A stretch of DNA of 27,640 nucleotides from Abditibacteriaceae bacterium. GTDB lineage: Bacteria > Armatimonadota > Abditibacteriia > Abditibacteriales > Abditibacteriaceae. Made by a program: the position numbers and the translations under genes. The DNA lies in NCBI GenBank assembly GCA_031425655.1, contig JANPJS010000308.1, positions 1 through 27,640 of the forward strand. The letters run 5' to 3'. The notes beneath the pieces were generated by a model. The model saw only the letters and a program-made list of their open reading frames with translations, had not been told where the DNA came from and did no database searches. This document shows positions 24,016 to 27,640 of this stretch, one piece after another. How positions within the stretch are numbered: position 1 is the stretch's first letter; every line of letters begins with the position of its first letter.

Positions 24016-24924
24016 TTATTTCTGCAAACCGGACAGCACACGGCGCGTCACTTCGCGCACCAAGTCTTGCAGTTCGCCTTCGTTAATTTCCACTTCGCTG
24101 TTTGAGGGCTTGCCGTTACCGTTACCCACTTGCGCTTTTTCTTCGATGGGTTTCGCATTGGCATCGCCCGCGTAAGCCGCTGCGCCAAAGCCGGTGCGTG
24201 GCACGTCCGGCGCGTAAGACACTTTCGGATTTTTGTCGCGCGTTTCTATGCGACAGGCACCGCTGGCGACCACGCCGTAGCGGGCGCGGGCATCCATCAG
24301 TTCCTGAGCGCGCTCAGGTGAAAACACGTTTTCGTTGCCGATTTGCCGCGCCACGAGCGTGATTTTGGCGAAGTGTTCGACAGTTTCCATCTTGTAATAC
24401 GCGTTCATCAGCGATTGGCCGATGACCACAACGCCGTGATTCGCCAGCAAAAACGCGTCGTGATTGGTGACGTAGTTATCGAGAATATCCTGCGTCAACT
24501 CGTCGCTACCGGGCACGCCGTATTTGGCAAGGGGCACGCTGCCCAAGCTAATAACTACTTCGGGCAAAGTGCAGCGGTCGAGGCTGATGCCGGCGACCGC
24601 GAAGCCCGTGGCGACAATCGGATGCGCGTGAACGACGGCGCGCACATCGGGGCGGGCATCGTAAAACGCGCGGTGCATTTTCAACTCGCTGGACGGCTTC
24701 ATATGTCCGCGCACCACGTTGCCCGCGCGGTCAATGACAACCAGCATATCGGGCGTGAGATAGCCTTTGGAAACGCCGGTGGGCGTGGCCAGAATCTCGT
24801 TGTCGTTCAGCAGCGCCGAGATGTTGCCGTCGTTGGCCGCGACGTATTCGCGCTGCCAGATGCGCCGCCCGATTTCACAAATTTCTTCGCGCAGCGCCCG
24901 TTCACTGTAATTAATTTGCGACAT
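24016..24924 (-). CDS. Class II aldolase (fuculose/rhamnulose-1-phosphate aldolase family) with C-terminal encapsulation peptide
   Basis: AANDGNIS, TPTGVSKG, PSSELKMH, VVHAHP, LANHG; tail EGELQDLVREVTRRVLSGL. Confidence 0.92.
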   Translation of the reverse strand: MSQINYSERALREEICEIGRRIWQREYVAANDGNISALLNDNEILATPTGVSKGYLTPDMLVVIDRAGNVVRGHMKPSSELKMHRAFYDARPDVRAVVHAHPIVATGFAVAGISLDRCTLPEVVISLGSVPLAKYGVPGSDELTQDILDNYVTNHDAFLLANHGVVVIGQSLMNAYYKMETVEHFAKITLVARQIGNENVFSPERAQELMDARARYGVVASGACRIETRDKNPKVSYAPDVPRTGFGAAAYAGDANAKPIEEKAQVGNGNGKPSNSEVEINEGELQDLVREVTRRVLSGLQK

Positions 24925-24956
24925 TGTTTCGCCTCATTTCGCCTTTATTTACTTCG

Positions 24957-25805
24957 CTAAACGTCATTTCCCGCAGCGTTCGCCACGATAACCTGCACGT
25001 TTGCTTCACGCAGAACAGCATTCAATGCGGCGCCGCCGTTTTGCTCTGGCGGCGCGTCCGTTATCAAAATATCTACGTCGCTCCAAGGCGCTACAAGCAC
25101 CATGTCGCGTCGGTTGAACTTTGAAGAATCGAGCAAAAGCACAACGCGTTTCGCGCGCTTCATCAATTCGTGCTGCGCTTCCACTTCCCAATGATTCGAG
25201 TCGTAAAAACCTTCGGCATCAGCGCCACTGCAACCCAAAAACAGCACATCGGCGGCGTGAACGTGCGCCAACATTTGCGCGACGTGCGGCCCAATCAGAA
25301 TATCGCGCCGCGAATAAACCATGCCGCCGGTGACAGTGACATCAACGCCCAACGTGCCGCCCAAAAGCGTCGCCGCCGGAAGCGAATTGGTGACAACCGA
25401 GACATGATAACGCCGCAGATAACGCGCGGCAGCCAAACACGTCGTGCCTCCTGACAAAAGCAAACTTTGCCCGTCTTGAACCAATTCCGCAGCCGCTTCG
25501 CCAATGCGCTCTTTGGCGTCAGCGTGCAGCGTTTGCCGTTGCGAAAACGGCACGATGGCATCGGGATTCGTATCAATGGGAACGACAGGAGAGGATGAGG
25601 GTGTTTCGTTTTTGCGTTCGCCAACGCGGTGCGGCATCGCGCCGCCGCGCGTGCGTTTAAGCCGCCCGGCGATGTGCAACGCTTCCAAATCGCGGCGCAC
25701 CGTAGCATCCGAAACGCGCAGTTGCCGCGCCAGCGTTTTCACTTCTAAAAACGGTTGGCGCACAAGCGCATCCTCGATTTTTCGCAGCCGGTGTTCGCGG
25801 AGCAT
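24957..25805 (-). CDS. DeoR/GlpR family transcriptional regulator
   Basis: HTH LARQLRVSDATVRRDL...RTRGGA; sensor domain KERIG, SGGTT, VVTNSL, LLDSSKF, DILITD. Confidence 0.95.
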   Translation of the reverse strand: MLREHRLRKIEDALVRQPFLEVKTLARQLRVSDATVRRDLEALHIAGRLKRTRGGAMPHRVGERKNETPSSSPVVPIDTNPDAIVPFSQRQTLHADAKERIGEAAAELVQDGQSLLLSGGTTCLAAARYLRRYHVSVVTNSLPAATLLGGTLGVDVTVTGGMVYSRRDILIGPHVAQMLAHVHAADVLFLGCSGADAEGFYDSNHWEVEAQHELMKRAKRVVLLLDSSKFNRRDMVLVAPWSDVDILITDAPPEQNGGAALNAVLREANVQVIVANAAGNDV

Positions 25806-25812
25806 CTGCTTT

Positions 25813-25841
25813 AGACTAAAACATCAGCGCGCATTTGTCAA
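25813..25841 (-). promoter_or_regulatory. Sigma70 promoter of the BMC operon, probably leaderless
   Basis: TTGACA (25841-25836), 17 bp spacer, TAGTCT (25818-25813), 7 nt, then ATG (25805); no SD. Confidence 0.75.
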
Positions 25842-25880
25842 CAAAATCGGACAAACTTAAGCATAAATTAACAATATAAT
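25821..25880. promoter_or_regulatory. Putative DeoR operator: six 10-bp-phased RCAW boxes
   Basis: ACAT, GCAT, ACAA, ACAA, GCAT, ACAA start at 25821, 25831, 25841, 25851, 25861 and 25871. Confidence 0.6.
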
Positions 25881-26015
25881 CTCTCGTCCTGCCCAGAGGG
25901 CACCCGACGCCAAGGCGCAAAGAAAGGATTTTCAAGCGATCTTTGAATTTCTCAGCTTAAAACCTTTGTTCCTTTGCGGCTTGGCGTCGGGTGCCCTCTG
26001 GGCAGGGCGAGAGAT
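25879..26015. repeat. MITE/REP-like element with 44-bp inverted arms
   Basis: 25879-25922 / 25972-26015, 2 mismatches; GCGCAAAG-type backbone containing CCTGCCCAGAGGGCACCCG. Confidence 0.88.
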
Positions 26016-26980
26016 CATATTTTCACGGGCCTGCCGGTTTTCGCAGATTGGTTAGCGGCTAAAGTGACACGCAGCGACTTTAGCGCGTCGGCATAGGTGC
26101 TTTTGATGCCGGCGCGCTTTCCGCTTTTTACGGCTTGCACAAAAGCGATATTTTCATCCAAATAAGGGTTGTTGCGATGAGTGTGCGTGTGCGTTTCACC
26201 ACTGCGACGCTGTATGAAAGTGTTGCCGAAAAGATCGTAAACCGCGTCTTGAGCGTAAAAACTGAGGCCGACTTCGCCCAAATTGCCCAACAAACACGTC
26301 GTCGCCAGATGGCCGATGGCGCCATTTTCAAATTCGAGAGTTAAAGCTGTCACATCGGAAATCGTGCTATCCGCGAAAGTTTTGTGCATTTCGCGGCGCG
26401 CGGTGCAGCAATACACTTTTTGCACATCGCCAATCAGATAGCGCGCTAAATCCACGATGTGCGTTGCTTGTTCATTGAGTTGTCCGCCGCTTTGTTCGAT
26501 TTTGTGCCACCAATCCGTCGCAGGAAAACCGCCCAACCAGCGTCCGTAAATCATGGCCGGGGCGCTTTTTTTCAGTAAATTCTGTGCCTGCGCCGTCGCT
26601 TCGTGATAACGAAAATGGTAGCCGACCGACGTGATGACGCCGGCAGATTCAATCGCAGCAGCGTTGCGTTCGGCGGTTTTGAGCGAGTTACTCAAAGGCT
26701 TTTCGACGAACAGCGCGCAGCCTTTCTGGGCAGCCAAAATTTCGGCGTCTTTGTGGGCGTGCGGCGGCAGGCAAATGTAGACGGCATCAAGAGTTTCTGC
26801 TTCCAACATCCGGCGGATGTTTGTGTAGGCTTTACCGCTAAAGCGCCGCGCGGCCTCTTTGGCGCGCGTTCGGTGCAGGCCGCAAAAAGCAACGAGTTGT
26901 GCGTCGGGAATTTGCTCCAAGCAATCGAAGTGGCGCTCGGCCATTCTGCCGACTCCGATAAAAGCGATGCGAACTGGCAC
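26015..26980 (-). CDS. Gfo/Idh/MocA family NAD(P)-dependent oxidoreductase
   Basis: RIAFIGVGRMA, DAVYICLPPHAH, FVEKPLS, VGYHFRY, SGGQLNEQATHIVDL; GTG at 26980 after AAGGAG. Confidence 0.92.
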   Translation of the reverse strand: MPVRIAFIGVGRMAERHFDCLEQIPDAQLVAFCGLHRTRAKEAARRFSGKAYTNIRRMLEAETLDAVYICLPPHAHKDAEILAAQKGCALFVEKPLSNSLKTAERNAAAIESAGVITSVGYHFRYHEATAQAQNLLKKSAPAMIYGRWLGGFPATDWWHKIEQSGGQLNEQATHIVDLARYLIGDVQKVYCCTARREMHKTFADSTISDVTALTLEFENGAIGHLATTCLLGNLGEVGLSFYAQDAVYDLFGNTFIQRRSGETHTHTHRNNPYLDENIAFVQAVKSGKRAGIKSTYADALKSLRVTLAANQSAKTGRPVKI

Positions 26981-27127
26981 GAGATTATCTCCTTGAACGG
27001 CTTTTGGCGCCTTAGTATTCACCACGAAGGGCACACGGCGGCAAATGGCGGGCTATACTCTTTTCACCGGTTTTCGGAAAAGCAACAGCGCGCGGCCCCG
27101 CGAATTTTTAGAAACGAGGTAACGATC

Positions 27128-27538
27128 ATGGCCAGAGAGCAAGACAAAATTTACGACACCGACCGTCTGGAAACCACCGGCGCAGGTGCGCAGGACGCGG
27201 CGGATGAAACACGCACTTTTCCCGTTGATTCACCATCGGCGGCCCGCGATGCCGGATTGGACGATGAAATCGAGGATGAAGACGGCGACGATCTCGATTT
27301 ATTATTAGGTGAGGACGATTTGAACGCCACCGATGGCGATTTCCGCGACGACGACAGCGATCCCGGCTTCCGCGAAATCCCAATGAGCGATTTGAATATG
27401 GCGCCGAGCAGCTTAGCATCGCCGGAAATGAGCGATCTCAACGTGCCGGGCGAAGTGGACATCGAAGAACTCGACGAACACGCCCTCGACTTGACCGACC
27501 TGCCCGCCGACGCCCGCTTAGACCCGTTGGAGGAGTGA
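27128..27538 (+). CDS. Highly acidic, probably disordered hypothetical protein
   Basis: 136 aa from ATG 27128 with GAGGT RBS; D/E-rich throughout. Confidence 0.7.
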   Translation: MAREQDKIYDTDRLETTGAGAQDAADETRTFPVDSPSAARDAGLDDEIEDEDGDDLDLLLGEDDLNATDGDFRDDDSDPGFREIPMSDLNMAPSSLASPEMSDLNVPGEVDIEELDEHALDLTDLPADARLDPLEE

Positions 27539-27544
27539 AGCGAG

Positions 27545-27640
27545 TTTTGGGTTTTGTTGGTTTTGTTTTTTTTTTTTTGTTTTTGTGTGTAGGAGTAAAT
27601 AAAAAGAAAAAAAAAATAATAAATGTGAAGAATGTTAATT
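27545..27640. other. Low-complexity T/A-rich tail, probably contig-end or read-quality artefact
   Basis: Abrupt switch to poly-T and poly-A runs unlike the rest of the window. Confidence 0.6.

Noticed and set aside
26603..27127. 311-aa version of the acidic ORF
   Set aside because: The 5' part is antisense to the oxidoreductase; the RBS supports ATG 27128.
27545..27640. Poly-T/poly-A tail as a terminator or retroelement tail
   Set aside because: No GC stem and degenerate low complexity at the sequence end; most consistent with an assembly or read artefact.
1..27640. tRNA/rRNA genes, prophage or defence systems
   Set aside because: No cloverleaf or rRNA signatures, integrase, phage structural or defence motifs were recognised.

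Overview
GC-rich bacterial chromosomal segment, mostly on the minus strand. An Armatimonadota/Abditibacterium-like origin is suggested by the style of the large secreted protein; this is inference only. The left and middle parts are housekeeping: rpsF-ssb-rpsR with promoter, likely S6:S18 leader and terminator, a Thermotoga-type RNase Z, nth, a 1923-aa secreted beta-propeller protein, rpsA, polA and a class III adenylate cyclase. The right part (about 18.3-25.9 kb) is a compact metabolosome (bacterial microcompartment, BMC) operon of PVM-like type. In transcription order it has a DeoR regulator, class II aldolase, 2 BMC-H, PduL, a CorA-like membrane protein with a changed signature motif, 3 BMC-P, a flavoprotein-like protein and an acylating aldehyde dehydrogenase; four of these carry apparent encapsulation peptides. 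The operon has an apparently leaderless sigma70 promoter overlaid by six 10-bp-phased RCAW boxes. Other notable points are a natural Tyr at the PolA F762-equivalent position, long acidic extensions on S6 and S1, and several different palindromic intergenic repeats, including a 17-19 bp module nested in two unrelated repeat types. All calls come from motif reading; no searches were run.
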